Shown: positions 19,707 through 30,995 of the stretch, piece after piece
Position numbering within the stretch: position 1 is the first letter of the stretch
How the letters are laid out: the number at the start of each line of letters is the position of its first letter
Origin: Candidatus Bathyarchaeia archaeon
GTDB taxonomy: Archaea; Thermoproteota; Bathyarchaeia; Bathyarchaeales; Bathycorpusculaceae
NCBI GenBank assembly: GCA_049512075.1
Contig: JBEKXL010000012.1
Span: 1 to 64,000, forward strand
DNA length: 64,000 nucleotides
Direction of reading: 5' to 3'
Program-made: the position numbers and the translations under genes
Notes under the pieces: model-generated
Seen by the model: the letters and a program-made list of their open reading frames with translations, nothing else
Databases searched by the model: none
Told to the model about the DNA's origin: nothing

Positions 19707-20972
19707 ATGGAAAAAGAACCCTCTGATATTGACAAAGCCATAACCGAATTGGTCATGACCGACGATTCAGCGCAAAAGAACAAGTTGGCCAAATCCATTT
19801 TTGAAGTTGCTCACAGGGAAGGAATCTACTCGTCCAGCATCTATGAATTCTACATGGCTCGGGGCAGGGGAGAATTCAAAGGTTTCACGGTTCCCGCGAT
19901 AAACCTCCGAAGCATGACCTACGACTTGGCTCGCGCGATATTCAGAGTAGCAGAGAAAAACGGTTCCGGCGCGTTCATCTTTGAGATTGCCAGGTCGGAG
20001 ATGGGCTACACCAATCAACTGCCGACAGAATATTCAAGCGCCGTCCTAGCAGCAGCGATAAAGGAAAGCTACTCTGGCCCGGTATTCATCCAAGGCGACC
20101 ATTTTCAGGCTAACACCGCGAAATACAAGGAAAATCCAGACAAAGAAGTAGAAAGCCTAAAGGCGTTGATCGCCGATGCAATACGCTCAGGTTTCTACAA
20201 TATCGACATCGACTCTTCAACGCTCGTTGACTTATCCAAGCCCGATTTAAAAGAACAACAGCTCCTGAACTACGAAGTCTGTGCAAAACTCACCCAGTTC
20301 ATCCGTAGCATCGAGCCGAAAGGGATTACCGTTTCAGTGGGCGGAGAGATAGGCGAGATTGGGCATCAAAATTCTACGCCGGAAGACCTGCACGCGTTTA
20401 TGGCCGGCCTTGAGGAGAGGCTACCGAACGGATTAGCAGGAATAAGCAAGATTTCAGTTCAGACCGGAACGACTCACGGGGGCGTGGTCCTGCCAGACGG
20501 CTCAGTTGCCCAGGTAAACCTTGACTTTAACACTCTAAAGGTTCTCTCAGAGATTGCCCGCCGAAAATACGGGTTGGCAGGAGCCGTGCAGCACGGAGCA
20601 TCAACCCTGCCTTCTGAGGCATTCCACAAATTCGTTGAATGCGAGACCGCTGAAGTGCACCTAGCCACGGAGTTTCAGAACATGATTTACGAATCAAAAC
20701 ACTTTCCATCATATCTCAAGAAGAGAATCTACGAATGGCTAAAAATCAACGCCGCAAACGAGGCTAAACAGGGCGAAACCGAGGAACAATTCCTATACAA
20801 AACAAGGAAGAAGGCGTTAGGCCCGTTCAAGAAAGAGATCATGGGTCTGCTGCAAAAAACCCGCGACGCGATTGCAGCGGAAGTCGAGAGCAAATTTGAT
20901 TTCCTCTTCAAGCAGCTTAACGCTGTGAACAAAAGGGACTTGGTAGACAAATACACCCGCGCCGTCGTCTAG
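19707..20972 (+). CDS. Class II fructose-bisphosphate aldolase family protein
   Basis: QGDH, GEIGEIG, QTGTTHG and QHGAS. Confidence 0.88.
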   Translation: MEKEPSDIDKAITELVMTDDSAQKNKLAKSIFEVAHREGIYSSSIYEFYMARGRGEFKGFTVPAINLRSMTYDLARAIFRVAEKNGSGAFIFEIARSEMGYTNQLPTEYSSAVLAAAIKESYSGPVFIQGDHFQANTAKYKENPDKEVESLKALIADAIRSGFYNIDIDSSTLVDLSKPDLKEQQLLNYEVCAKLTQFIRSIEPKGITVSVGGEIGEIGHQNSTPEDLHAFMAGLEERLPNGLAGISKISVQTGTTHGGVVLPDGSVAQVNLDFNTLKVLSEIARRKYGLAGAVQHGASTLPSEAFHKFVECETAEVHLATEFQNMIYESKHFPSYLKKRIYEWLKINAANEAKQGETEEQFLYKTRKKALGPFKKEIMGLLQKTRDAIAAEVESKFDFLFKQLNAVNKRDLVDKYTRAVV

Positions 20973-21116
20973 CAACATCCAACGCGCACACCTTCAACAT
21001 GGTTCTTCACGGCGCAGTTTGGTCGAATTCCGAGCCTGCTCAAGTTTATCAGATAAAGCCAACGTTGCCGGGCAAATCTCTAAAAAAGCCTCCTCGGCCA
21101 CCATTAAGGTGATGGG

Positions 21117-21890
21117 TTATCTTTTTCTAAGGAGGACCATGTTTATGTTGCTCAGAGTTTCCGCCTTCTCTAAAGGCTTATCGAGGAACCATGTGCTTTC
21201 ATTTCCTTCCCACCAACCAAGAAACTCGAATCTGTTCTGAAGTTTTATGAGTGCCTTGAATTCTTGTGGAAAGATGAGCTTCAAATCTTCTTCGCTAACT
21301 AACCTCTTCGTCTGTCCCTGGTCATCGACTTCAAGCATGCCCTTTTCTGTGTAAATCTGATTCAGTATATCCTTCCAATAGGTGAATGAATAGGTCGTTT
21401 TAACCGAGACTCCCTCTCTTTCCATAATCCAGCTTTGTTCTGCATTTCTCATCCAATCGACAATCTTGTTCTGAATGAAGTATAAACCCCCTCTTTTCAA
21501 GGAGCAGGCTACAGAATCCAGATGATCGATGAACCGCTCATTAGACTCAACAACCAAAGAACCCATCATAATAAACGCAAAATCCACTTTCTTCGCGAGT
21601 CTAAAGTTGCACATATCCGCTTGTACAGTCTCGATTCTAAGCCCCTCTTCTTTTGCTTTCTCCGAAAGGTATCTCAGCATTTGAGGAGAAGAGTCCAACC
21701 CGACTGCTTCGTATCCTCTCCTTGCAATCTCTCTCAGCTGCACGCTTGGGCCACAGGCAACGTCAAGAAAACGTTTCACCTTTATCTTGCTAAACTCCTT
21801 GATTACAAGGTCGAACGTGTCAACTTGCTTTTTCACGTCAAAGAAACTGAATGCGATCTCGTAATACGCGGGATTCTTGTAGATTTCCAT
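21117..21890 (-). CDS. Class I SAM-dependent methyltransferase
   Basis: LDVACGP, GLD and ADM. Confidence 0.88.
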   Translation of the reverse strand: MEIYKNPAYYEIAFSFFDVKKQVDTFDLVIKEFSKIKVKRFLDVACGPSVQLREIARRGYEAVGLDSSPQMLRYLSEKAKEEGLRIETVQADMCNFRLAKKVDFAFIMMGSLVVESNERFIDHLDSVACSLKRGGLYFIQNKIVDWMRNAEQSWIMEREGVSVKTTYSFTYWKDILNQIYTEKGMLEVDDQGQTKRLVSEEDLKLIFPQEFKALIKLQNRFEFLGWWEGNESTWFLDKPLEKAETLSNINMVLLRKR

Positions 21891-22026
21891 GTCTAGAGCA
21901 TTGCCTCTCTTACCAGATAAGCGTACTTAGACCGAACGTGGAACACTGTGCATGTGCGCTATTCTGAACTGCGCAAATGGCGAGAAAGGTTTAAGGTCAT
22001 CAGAATCGTGTTGGTTTAGTCTAAAA

Positions 22027-22953
22027 GTGACGAATTTGGACTCGAGTCTCATGGGAGAGTCAGCCGCGATTCTCACTTCATGTCTCTGGACGGTTAGCTC
22101 TCTCTTTTTCACGTCGGCTGGCAGAAGGTTTGGCTCGTTCGGTGTCAATGCCTATCGTACGATAATGGCCATAGGGCTTCTGGTTTGCGCGCACGTCGTT
22201 TTGCTGGGCACCCTATTGCCTCTTGCGAGTAGCGGGCAGTGGTTCTGGGTGGGTCTGAGCGGCGTTGTTGGGCTTGGCATCGGCGATTTCGGGTTGTTTG
22301 CCGCGTACGTTACAATCGGTCCGCGACGTACAGTCCTAGTGCAAGCCTCAGCCCCCATATTTGCTTCATTGGCCGCGTACTTCATGCTGGGAGAGCCGCT
22401 CTCGCCACTGGCTATACTTGGAATAGCGGTTACACTGTCCGGCATTATCGTGGTCATACTGGAAAAGGAAGAGAAGTCTGAAGAGAATCTCGCCGCAAAG
22501 AATCGGAAGACTCAAGGAGTGTTCTTCGGTCTGATTTCGGCAATGGGCCAAGGGTTCGGCGTTGTTCTCTCAAAGAAGGGAATGTACCTTGGCGTGAACG
22601 TAGCGATGAATCCGGTGTCCGTGGCCCTGATAAGGATGTTGCTTGCGGGCGTGTTCGTGTGGACATGTGCTGTCTTCGCGGGAAAACTGCCGACATTACA
22701 CCGGGCGGTGAAGGACAAGGAGGGAATCAAGTACACCGCGGCAGGTGCGGTGGTCGGACCCTTCTTGGGCATGACGCTCTCAATGGTCGCTGTGGCCGAC
22801 ACTCAGGCAGGCATTGCTCAAACATTGATGTCCCTGATGCCCGTCATCATCATCCCTGTGATATGGATAATCTACAGAGAAAAGACTAACTGGCGCGGCA
22901 TATTAGGGGCTATCGTAGCCATCATCGGGATTGCCATTCTGTTCTTAACCTGA
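22027..22953 (+). CDS. DMT/EamA family transporter
   Basis: About 10 TM helices, duplicated EamA pattern, GLGIGD. Confidence 0.88.
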   Translation: MTNLDSSLMGESAAILTSCLWTVSSLFFTSAGRRFGSFGVNAYRTIMAIGLLVCAHVVLLGTLLPLASSGQWFWVGLSGVVGLGIGDFGLFAAYVTIGPRRTVLVQASAPIFASLAAYFMLGEPLSPLAILGIAVTLSGIIVVILEKEEKSEENLAAKNRKTQGVFFGLISAMGQGFGVVLSKKGMYLGVNVAMNPVSVALIRMLLAGVFVWTCAVFAGKLPTLHRAVKDKEGIKYTAAGAVVGPFLGMTLSMVAVADTQAGIAQTLMSLMPVIIIPVIWIIYREKTNWRGILGAIVAIIGIAILFLT

Positions 22954-23094
22954 AACCGCAGTCTCGCCTAGCGTGCTCTTATTCGTGTTGGCAAACACAC
23001 TCGCGCGCGCGTTAAATCAAGCTCGTCTAGGGTATTTTTCATTGAGGCGTACGTAGGAAATCATAAATCATCGCAACAACTAAGCCCTAAAAAC

Positions 23095-23718
23095 ATGAAG
23101 CCTACTTCTCAAGCAAGAATTGTTGACATAACCAAGGCTGATGAATACAGGAAATACCTCTACAGGTGTATCGTAGGCCCACCATCAAAACAGTGTAAAA
23201 AAAGAATGGAATATCTGAAAAAGGCCATTCCCAAAGGCTTTCACAAGAAACTTCTCCTCTTGAATGAGCAAGTTGTGGGGCAGATTGAATACTCACCTGC
23301 AATAGTGTCCTATTATCCGATAATTGGCGACAACGTGACAGTGTTGAATTGCATATGGGTCTTGAGGAAGGCGGGAGGCCATGACTTCGGGAAACGGCTT
23401 TTGGAGGACATGATGGCGAGCGAAAAAGAAGCCTCAGGTTTTGCAACTATAGCCTTGGAAAATCATTGGAGTCCATGGTTTAAGAAGGACCAAATGGAAA
23501 AACTGGGCTTCAAACCCCTAGACTGGATCACCGTAACGCACAAGACAAAACGCAGGCAAGCTTTCAAAATACACCTAATGTGGAGGCCAAATGCTAAGAA
23601 CGCAAAACCGCCAACCTGGAACAAGCAAAAAATGTTGGAAGGCATAATCTCCTGCACTGCGCATCCACTCTACCATCCGCGAACGTATGGACCCAAGGAA
23701 ATTCTTCAAAAACAATAA
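23095..23718 (+). CDS. GNAT-family (YoaP-like) acetyltransferase
   Basis: VGQIEYSP, LNCIWV...GHDFGKRLL. Confidence 0.75.
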   Translation: MKPTSQARIVDITKADEYRKYLYRCIVGPPSKQCKKRMEYLKKAIPKGFHKKLLLLNEQVVGQIEYSPAIVSYYPIIGDNVTVLNCIWVLRKAGGHDFGKRLLEDMMASEKEASGFATIALENHWSPWFKKDQMEKLGFKPLDWITVTHKTKRRQAFKIHLMWRPNAKNAKPPTWNKQKMLEGIISCTAHPLYHPRTYGPKEILQKQ

Positions 23719-23735
23719 GGCATAAGACCCGCAGT

Positions 23736-23955
23736 AGCGCGCATGCGCGTCCCTAAAACCGTTAAAAATGGTGTTTATTCCTTTTTCAGGTGGTTTGAGG
23801 ACGGAAAACCCCGACTTCCTGTCGGACCTGCCGGAGCTCCCGTGATCTGCCATCAACAAGGGGGGAGGATTTGTCCCTCAAACAAGCCTCAGACGCAAAC
23901 AGGCAAGAGAAAAACAAAAACCGTTTTACACAGTTCTGGAACACGCTTGTGCGCT
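23736..23955. mobile_element. GCGCGC-bounded inverted-repeat element C (MITE-like, degenerate)
   Basis: Ends tgcgcgtccctaaaaccg and (reverse complement) agcgtgttccagaactg; end regions resemble element B (aaaatgg-tttattc; ggcttgttt...caaatcct). Confidence 0.6.
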
Positions 23956-24037
23956 ACCGCACACTAGACCCAACAGATCACAGCACGCGCCGCTTGTCCA
24001 AAAGTTTATAGCTTGATAATCTCCTGCTGTAGGCAAA

Positions 24038-24934
24038 ATGATGATTCAGGTCTTAGAATTCGCAACTGAACATTTGCCAACTGTCGTCAGATTGTTAAAT
24101 GATGAATACAGGCGCTCGCATGAGTTCGTTCCGTTCGACGAAGAGAGAGTCCTGTCCCAGATTCGAAGACGGGGCATCAGGATTCTTGTGGCAGAAGAGA
24201 ACGGCTCCGTGTTGGGGCTCATCGGAACTCGTCCTGAGGAACGCTCGGAAGAGAACATCTCATGGCTCGCCGTTCGCGAAGGATCTGACCGAAGAACCGT
24301 TGAAAACATGCTCGTAAACGCGGTTGAGAGAAAGGCCCAGGGCGACACTGTAATAACAACGGTTGATGAAGGAAGCTCGAGAATCAACGATTGGATTAAC
24401 CGAGGCTATGACCTGAATCCCGGCTGGCTGCGAATGTCCGCAAGACTCGACCGCCTGAAACCAATACCCAGAATTGCCGAAGGTATCAAGCTTCGAAGCT
24501 TAAGAGTCGGAGAGGAAGGAAAACTCGTCGAAGCAATGAACACTGGGTTCGGTTGGCGAAGACTAGAACTTGGAGCTGTTGAAAGTTGGAAGTTTGAGGA
24601 TCCGCCGTTCAGCGAGGACTGGGTTCAAGTCGCTGAGACTGGCGAAAGGATTGTGTCCGCCGTTGTAGCGAAGCCGGACACGGATTACAATAAGTATCTG
24701 CATCTCAAGCGGGGTTATCTTGGGCCAGCCACCACTCTCCCCGAATTTCGAAACAAGCATCTGGCGTCAGCACTCACGGCTCAAGCCATGAATTTCCTGT
24801 TCGAAAAAGGAATGAACTCAGTCAGACTGGGGACTTCAGAAGAGAACATTTCCTCCATTACTTTGTTGCGCATGTTAGGCTTTCAGGTGGACATTGTCAG
24901 AAAAATCATGCGCAAGAAGCTGAAGAACGGCTGA
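24038..24934 (+). CDS. Tandem GNAT acetyltransferase
   Basis: TLPEFRNKHLASAL and LGF motifs. Confidence 0.85.
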   Translation: MMIQVLEFATEHLPTVVRLLNDEYRRSHEFVPFDEERVLSQIRRRGIRILVAEENGSVLGLIGTRPEERSEENISWLAVREGSDRRTVENMLVNAVERKAQGDTVITTVDEGSSRINDWINRGYDLNPGWLRMSARLDRLKPIPRIAEGIKLRSLRVGEEGKLVEAMNTGFGWRRLELGAVESWKFEDPPFSEDWVQVAETGERIVSAVVAKPDTDYNKYLHLKRGYLGPATTLPEFRNKHLASALTAQAMNFLFEKGMNSVRLGTSEENISSITLLRMLGFQVDIVRKIMRKKLKNG

Positions 24935-25207
24935 GCCAGAGGCAAGTCAGCGCGCGCTGTGTTTGTGGTATTTGCACGTTTGCATGGAAGACGGGTTGCA
25001 TGCTTGGAATCTTCGTATCCGTGCTCGAAACCATCGCTTCAATTAGACTTGAACAATAATAATCATGTTGGCGAAGGGTCGAGCGAAAAAGGTGCGGATT
25101 CTTGCCTTCTGAGGAAGAGACAGAGGTGTGGTGTCAGAGAAGTCTAGGGGGCCTTGAGTTTTTTCGAGCTCCAGCAGCAGTCGTCCTCGTACGAGTCTAC
25201 TGTTTTA

Positions 25208-25317
25208 AACCAGGCGCCATCAGATGGAATCCCAATGCCGACTTAGACGGCAACGGTGTCGTGGGCCTATCAGACTTAGATATACTGGCACAGCACTACA
25301 GACGGTACTGGCCGTAA
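25208..25317 (+). pseudogene. Orphan dockerin C-terminal fragment
   Basis: KPGAIRWNPNADLDGNGVVGLSDLDILAQHY followed by a T-rich terminator; no parent ORF. Confidence 0.75.
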
Positions 25318-25492
25318 CCCTTTTTTCTTTTTTAGTGCGCGCATATCATTGTAGCGGCTAATCCTCTTCTCCTCACATTCTCTGAGACGTAGATTTCTCC
25401 AATTCCTTTTGGAATGATTTTTCTTCCATCAAGTCGTTAGGGCGTGGGCTACCTGAAAAACATATTACAACAGGTGGACACTACTCTACAAC

Positions 25493-26290
25493 ATGAGAGA
25501 CTGGATAAACAAGCTGTTCATTGACCGGTCCGATCTTTTCTTGAAGATTATGAACCAGAGATGGGCCAAGACCGAGCAGCTTGTCAACGGAATCGTGAAA
25601 GTGCTTGACAATTTCGGGATCAAGTCGGGCAAAGTGCTCGACTTATGCTGTGGAAACGGTCGAACTTCCATCTACATGGCCAAGAAGGGCTTCAGATCTG
25701 TCGGAGTCGACATATCAAAAGCCTTTCTAGACGACGCCAGAAGAAAAGCGAGAGAGCACAGGGTTTCAGGCCTTGTCACTTTTCTGGAGGGCGATGTGAG
25801 AAAATTGAAAGAAGTCGTTGGACCTAATTCAAAGCCTTTCAATGTAGTCGTCAACGTCTGGACCTCTATTGGGTTCTATCGGGAAAAAGATGATCTAAAC
25901 ATTTTCAGACAGGCTCGGCAGCTTTCGAGGGAAGGCGCAATCTTGTTCATAGCTGAAACCGCCCATACTGAATATCTTTCGCTCAAGTTTACTCCCAATT
26001 CTTACGCCGAGCTGGACGACATTGTAATGTTGGAGAACAGGAAGTATGACCCAATAACAGCGCAAGCCAATACTTCCTGGACCTTCTACAAAAGACGCGG
26101 CGAAAACTTGGAATTCATAGACAAAGCCGAAATCATGCATCACGTCTACAGCCTAAGTGAGCTGTGCTCTCTTCTAAAAAGAGCCGGCTGGGAAACCCTG
26201 GCATCCTATGGGAATCTGTCAACACTACAACCAATGAGCCCCCTAACGAGCATGAACATGGTTGCAAAAGCCGTTGATTCAGATACCTAA
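25493..26290 (+). CDS. Class I SAM-dependent methyltransferase
   Basis: VLDLCCGNGR, GVDIS and WTSIGF. Confidence 0.9.
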   Translation: MRDWINKLFIDRSDLFLKIMNQRWAKTEQLVNGIVKVLDNFGIKSGKVLDLCCGNGRTSIYMAKKGFRSVGVDISKAFLDDARRKAREHRVSGLVTFLEGDVRKLKEVVGPNSKPFNVVVNVWTSIGFYREKDDLNIFRQARQLSREGAILFIAETAHTEYLSLKFTPNSYAELDDIVMLENRKYDPITAQANTSWTFYKRRGENLEFIDKAEIMHHVYSLSELCSLLKRAGWETLASYGNLSTLQPMSPLTSMNMVAKAVDSDT

Positions 26291-26366
26291 CGCGCATACA
26301 CGCAGGACTAATATCCGAAAAAAAGACCGTGGGCGCTGGCAAAAAGCGCGCGAGTAAGAAAGGCGG

Positions 26367-27338
26367 TTGGAAATGTTCTTCGACGATATGGCCTGTTCCC
26401 TGAAATTGAGGCTCAAAGCGCTTCCTCCGTATGATTTTGCGCTCACAGTCCACGGACCCGCCGGGTGGCCGCTGTCAACACCCTTCGAAATATTCGAGAA
26501 AGGCGTGCTATGGACTGCCATGAGGACACCTACTGGAAAACTGTTCGGGCTGAAATTGAGGTCTGTTGGAACAGTCGAGAAACCAGAGATATTTTGCAAG
26601 ATATACTCCCACCGGGAGCTCGGGACAAGCGAAAGAAGAGAGCTGTTGAAAACTGTAGCATGGATGCTGAATCTTGGAGAGGACATTAGAGAATTCTATG
26701 CACTTGCCGAGCGTGACACACTTGTCAAAGTCTTGGTGAAAGATCTATATGGAATGAGAAACACGAAACAGCCTGACATCTTCCAGCGTCTCATCTTGGC
26801 AGTAACCTTGCAGATGGCTCCCATAACGAGAAGCAATCAGATGATGAACTCGCTGATAAACGAGTAAGGCGACAGAGTCAGCTTCGATGGAAAGGACATC
26901 TCGTACTGGCCCTCCGCGGAAAGGATAGCAAATGTTGAAGTCGAAGAGCTTGAGCAGAAGTGCAAGCTTGGTTACAGGGCAAAATTTCTCAAAGACATAG
27001 CGGAAACTCTACGAGCGGGTTTTCCATCGCTTCAGGAACTTGAAGAAGTGTCGGCTCAGGAGGCAAAAGCCAAGCTCATGGAGCTGAACGGGATAGGAGA
27101 GTACTCCACAGACATTGTACTGCCTCATTCTGGGTTCGCCCTAGACGTCTGGAGCGCAAAAATATTCAGCGCGCTCCTTCTTAGAAGAAAGGCAGAATCG
27201 CCACGCACCCTCATTCCGAAGCTCAAGAAGATGGCGGAGGACCGATGGGGCCGGTGGAGAGGCTATGTCTTCATCTACGTGCTGCACGATCTGGGCAATT
27301 TGTCACGTAGGTTCAATCTAAACCTGACCCAGATGTGA
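26367..27338 (+). pseudogene. AlkA/OGG-like HhH-GPD DNA glycosylase with internal TAA at 26865-26867
   Basis: The frame continues past the stop: GDRVSFDG...WPS...KLGYRAK...GIGEYS...DVW. Confidence 0.85.
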
Positions 27339-27457
27339 ACACGCCCTCAATCTACGAGGTTTGTCTTCTCTAAGCATGATAAATTACTTAACGGCGGCTG
27401 AGTAATATACTTGAGGTTTCACAGAGACACTTGGAACCAGCACTGGAGAGATGTTCG

Positions 27458-28231
27458 ATGAAGAATAATCCGGTTATTCAAACGATGCTTGATCACCGGT
27501 CGATCCGAAAATACACAGACCAGACGCCCACAGACGAGACAGTTGAGACAATCGTGAGAGCAGGCCAGCAGGCTCCCTTCGCGTCGCAGTACTACAGTGT
27601 CCTGCTCTCGAGGAACAGAAAAAGAAACCCCTTCAAAGCCCCCCTCTTGTTCACGATATGTGTTGACTCCCACAAGTTTGAGCAGATAATGGCAAAAAGA
27701 GGCTGGAAACTGGTCACAAACGATCTTACACTGCTGTTTTTCGGAATTCAAGACGCTGCCTACATGGCAGAAAACATGGTCGCGGCAGCGAGAAGCTTGG
27801 GGCTTGGAAGCTGTTTCCTCGGCAGCGCAATGTTCCGAGGGGACAAAATCGCAGAAGAATATCAGCTTCCTAAGAGAGTGTTCCCACTCGTACAGTTGGC
27901 TATGGGCTACGCCGCAGAAGACCCGCCCCCCCGACCCAGATACCCAATGGAGTTCACGATGTTCGAGGACAAATACCCCGACTTGAACGCTAAGATGATT
28001 TCGAAAGCAATGAAACAGATGGACGACGGTTACCTGGCTCAGGACTATTATCGCAAAGCAAAAGCCAAGATACCGCTTGAGGGGGAAAGAAAAGAAACCT
28101 TCACTTATGACAACTACAGCTGGACCGAACACATATGCAGAAAATGGGGACAATGGTATCCTGACCCGGAAGAACTGCTGAACCAGCTTGAAAAACGCGG
28201 ATTCAACATCATCAACAAGAAAACAAAATAG
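27458..28231 (+). CDS. Nitroreductase family protein (NfsA-like)
   Basis: HRSIRKY and ARSLGLGSCFLG. Confidence 0.9.
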   Translation: MKNNPVIQTMLDHRSIRKYTDQTPTDETVETIVRAGQQAPFASQYYSVLLSRNRKRNPFKAPLLFTICVDSHKFEQIMAKRGWKLVTNDLTLLFFGIQDAAYMAENMVAAARSLGLGSCFLGSAMFRGDKIAEEYQLPKRVFPLVQLAMGYAAEDPPPRPRYPMEFTMFEDKYPDLNAKMISKAMKQMDDGYLAQDYYRKAKAKIPLEGERKETFTYDNYSWTEHICRKWGQWYPDPEELLNQLEKRGFNIINKKTK

Positions 28232-28311
28232 CGACTTCCGTTCAGCGCGTTCACTGATTGAACGGAATTCTTAAGAAGTCTAAAACTCAAGAGTCTGCTG
28301 GGTTGGCCTTC

Positions 28312-28866
28312 ATGGAAGTTGATGAGGCTATAAAGGGAAGACGGAGCGTACGCAAGTATTCAGACAACCCCGTGCCCCTGCAGATTGTTCGTGAAGTACT
28401 GGAAGCAGGGACGTGGGCGCCATCAGCCAAGAATGGCCAGCAATGGCGATTCACAGTACTCACTGGTTCCTCCAAGAAAGAATTGACCACACTTTTCCGT
28501 CATGAACTCGAAAGGCTCTCGACAAAGATTGGCATGGCGCGGATGGGATCTTCATTCAACTCCTGCCGCATAATGGAAGAGGCACCTGTCCTAATCATGG
28601 TTTGGGACTCCAACGAGGCTAAACAGCTAGAAGAGTCTTCGTTGCAGAGCGTGGCCGCCGCAATTCAAAACATGCTCCTCAAAGCCTACGGCATGGGTTT
28701 GGGCTCACTGTGGATATGCGACATCTACTACGCAACAAAGACACTCACGAAGCATCTCCGCAAACACTGGAAGCTGGTGGCCGCAGTGACCCTCGGATGG
28801 CCGGCGGAAACTCCACAACCGAAACCCAGAAAGCCCGTTGATGAGCTATCAGAGTTTCTCAGCTGA
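28312..28866 (+). CDS. Nitroreductase family protein
   Basis: RRSVRKY, APSAKNGQQW and QNMLLKAYGMGLGSLW. Confidence 0.9.
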   Translation: MEVDEAIKGRRSVRKYSDNPVPLQIVREVLEAGTWAPSAKNGQQWRFTVLTGSSKKELTTLFRHELERLSTKIGMARMGSSFNSCRIMEEAPVLIMVWDSNEAKQLEESSLQSVAAAIQNMLLKAYGMGLGSLWICDIYYATKTLTKHLRKHWKLVAAVTLGWPAETPQPKPRKPVDELSEFLS

Positions 28867-28945
28867 TACACTTTCTCGCGTTGAATATCCCTAGCTTCTT
28901 GAAAGGGTAAGAATGGAATTCTCCGCGCTATTTCTAACGTGCCTC

Positions 28946-30736
28946 TTAGGAGGGTGGTGGCGGAGGAGGAGGGGCTGTTCTGATTTCAGGCGGCTGTGGG
29001 GCGGGTTTTTGTTCGAGCTCTGGTGCGCTTTCCATTATGAATCCAGCTGCTATTCTGATTACAGCCGCTGCCAGAAACAGGTATGCTCCGATTCCGAAGC
29101 CCCAGTTAACTGTGGTCGTGCCGATTATGTCAAACTGTGCGCTGGTTGTTCCGGAGACAGGGTTTCCAGCGATGGCGTTAACCATCGTGTTCAATTTGGG
29201 TGGCATTGTTTGGCCTGGAACGAGTGCGGAAGCCCATGGGAGGAAGCTCGGCAGCTGCGTTATGAATATGAAGATGAGGATGAAGGGCAGGAGCGATGTG
29301 ATTGCTCCAAGCATGAATTTTCTTCCGATGTTCTTCCCGCTTTTTACTCCGATCACGTCGAGCACTAGGAGAACTATGCCGACTGCGATGAGTATGGCGA
29401 ACGGTATCTGCATGAAGAATAGGCTGCTGTAGCCGGATGCGGAGTCACCGCCGGGGCCCGTGAACAGGTTGACATGCATTCCGTTGATGCCGTCTATAGT
29501 CATCAAGGTGACGCCGCCCTGCTTTGCTAACGGGCCTATGTTGGATGAGGCGGTTATCGTGTACCACGGTAGGAAAAGTGCTACCACCATGATCAGAATC
29601 GCCACGATCCCAACTGCTAGTCCAATGCTGCCGCGGCCTTTCAAGAATTTCTTCACAAGCAAGCCGCCCTTCCTGTGCAGCCTCACGATCCCCACGATTT
29701 TCCATGAGGCTCTGATTACAACATAAATGACGAACAGCAGCAGAAAATTGGCAACCAGCCAGGCGAGGATAAAATAGGTGCCGCCCACCGAAAATGTGGA
29801 GCTGAGGTACGATTCAGAGTCTGCCCATCTGACTCCGTTCTGATTCTGAACCGGACCGAGAGGGCCGGCTCTTCCTAAAGCCACATCTTCCTCTGTTCCC
29901 CAATAGCCCCAGCGCCCGTTGAAACCCAGCCAGCTCGGCGGGTTGTTCACGTCTATGATGACAAGTTGCATGTCGTTAGGCATGATTGTGATGCCGTTGC
30001 TGCCCACGATGTCGTTTTCGATTCCTATTTTGCCCTGATAAGGTCTGAAATAGTTGGCGTGAGAGCCCTGAGCTACGTAGACCACCGGGTGGTTGTCCGT
30101 TTTCTCCACGTCTCCCCACGCAGCGTTCTCGCCTGCTCCGTGCTGCGAGTACAACGCTTTCACCGGTGTTCCTGAACTGTCAAGGAAGATTTCTACGACT
30201 TCAATGTCGCCTTGATGATCATTCAAGGGTCCATTGTTGTATGCGTAGAACAGCCAATACTGAATCACTGTTGACGTGCCGCTGTTGAGGATGTGAACGT
30301 AAGCGTAATACTCAATACTGCCGGCTTTTGAAGCGTAATCAGCGGCTATGGCGTCCAACGTGCCCAGCTTGTTGTCCAGAAACAGGTCGGTCCCAGTGTA
30401 CGTGCCCAGAGTGTCGGTGGTCGGTGCAGCGTCGACAGTCGCGTTGGACCCGTCTGAAAATCGCTGCTTCAGAACCGAGCTGCCTATGATATAGTCCACC
30501 GATGTTGGATAGAACTTTTCGCCCTGCGTGAAATGAAGAACGGGCGCGAACGTAGAAGCCTGCTGTTCCGGTGTCTGCGCGTTCACAGAGGATCCTGGAG
30601 ACAGGCAAATCATTAGGATGATGGAAAGGAGCAGGCCGAGCAGAAACAAGCGGGATGAAGAAAGCGTCCTCGACCTTGCCTTGACGGTTTTTTCTGGCAA
30701 TGTCATACGCATCGCTCCATAATTTAGCGGACTCAC
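28946..30736 (-). CDS. Vps62-related membrane-anchored protein
   Basis: FAPVLHF, QYWLFYAYN, HQGDIE, SQH, GSHANY and GRWG; C-terminal TM helices. Confidence 0.75.
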   Translation of the reverse strand: MSPLNYGAMRMTLPEKTVKARSRTLSSSRLFLLGLLLSIILMICLSPGSSVNAQTPEQQASTFAPVLHFTQGEKFYPTSVDYIIGSSVLKQRFSDGSNATVDAAPTTDTLGTYTGTDLFLDNKLGTLDAIAADYASKAGSIEYYAYVHILNSGTSTVIQYWLFYAYNNGPLNDHQGDIEVVEIFLDSSGTPVKALYSQHGAGENAAWGDVEKTDNHPVVYVAQGSHANYFRPYQGKIGIENDIVGSNGITIMPNDMQLVIIDVNNPPSWLGFNGRWGYWGTEEDVALGRAGPLGPVQNQNGVRWADSESYLSSTFSVGGTYFILAWLVANFLLLFVIYVVIRASWKIVGIVRLHRKGGLLVKKFLKGRGSIGLAVGIVAILIMVVALFLPWYTITASSNIGPLAKQGGVTLMTIDGINGMHVNLFTGPGGDSASGYSSLFFMQIPFAILIAVGIVLLVLDVIGVKSGKNIGRKFMLGAITSLLPFILIFIFITQLPSFLPWASALVPGQTMPPKLNTMVNAIAGNPVSGTTSAQFDIIGTTTVNWGFGIGAYLFLAAAVIRIAAGFIMESAPELEQKPAPQPPEIRTAPPPPPPPS

Positions 30737-30995
30737 AATATAAGATTTGCAATGTCTATTTCAGCTTTCAACTTTTTGTCGCCGTCTATTTCAAGTCCTG
30801 AATGATCCTGCTGGGACAAGGCGCCTTACTGTTTAAGGCATAGTTTTCTTGAATGAGAAAAAACAGAGGATGTTTATTGTTTAGGCTGGTGTGGGCAAGA
30901 GCGCGCGCTCGTGTCAAGGTCACGCGTGCGGGCAAGTGTTGATTGCGCATGCCAGGATGGAACGAAGAAAGGTTAGGGCTGGCTCATTCGATTCT

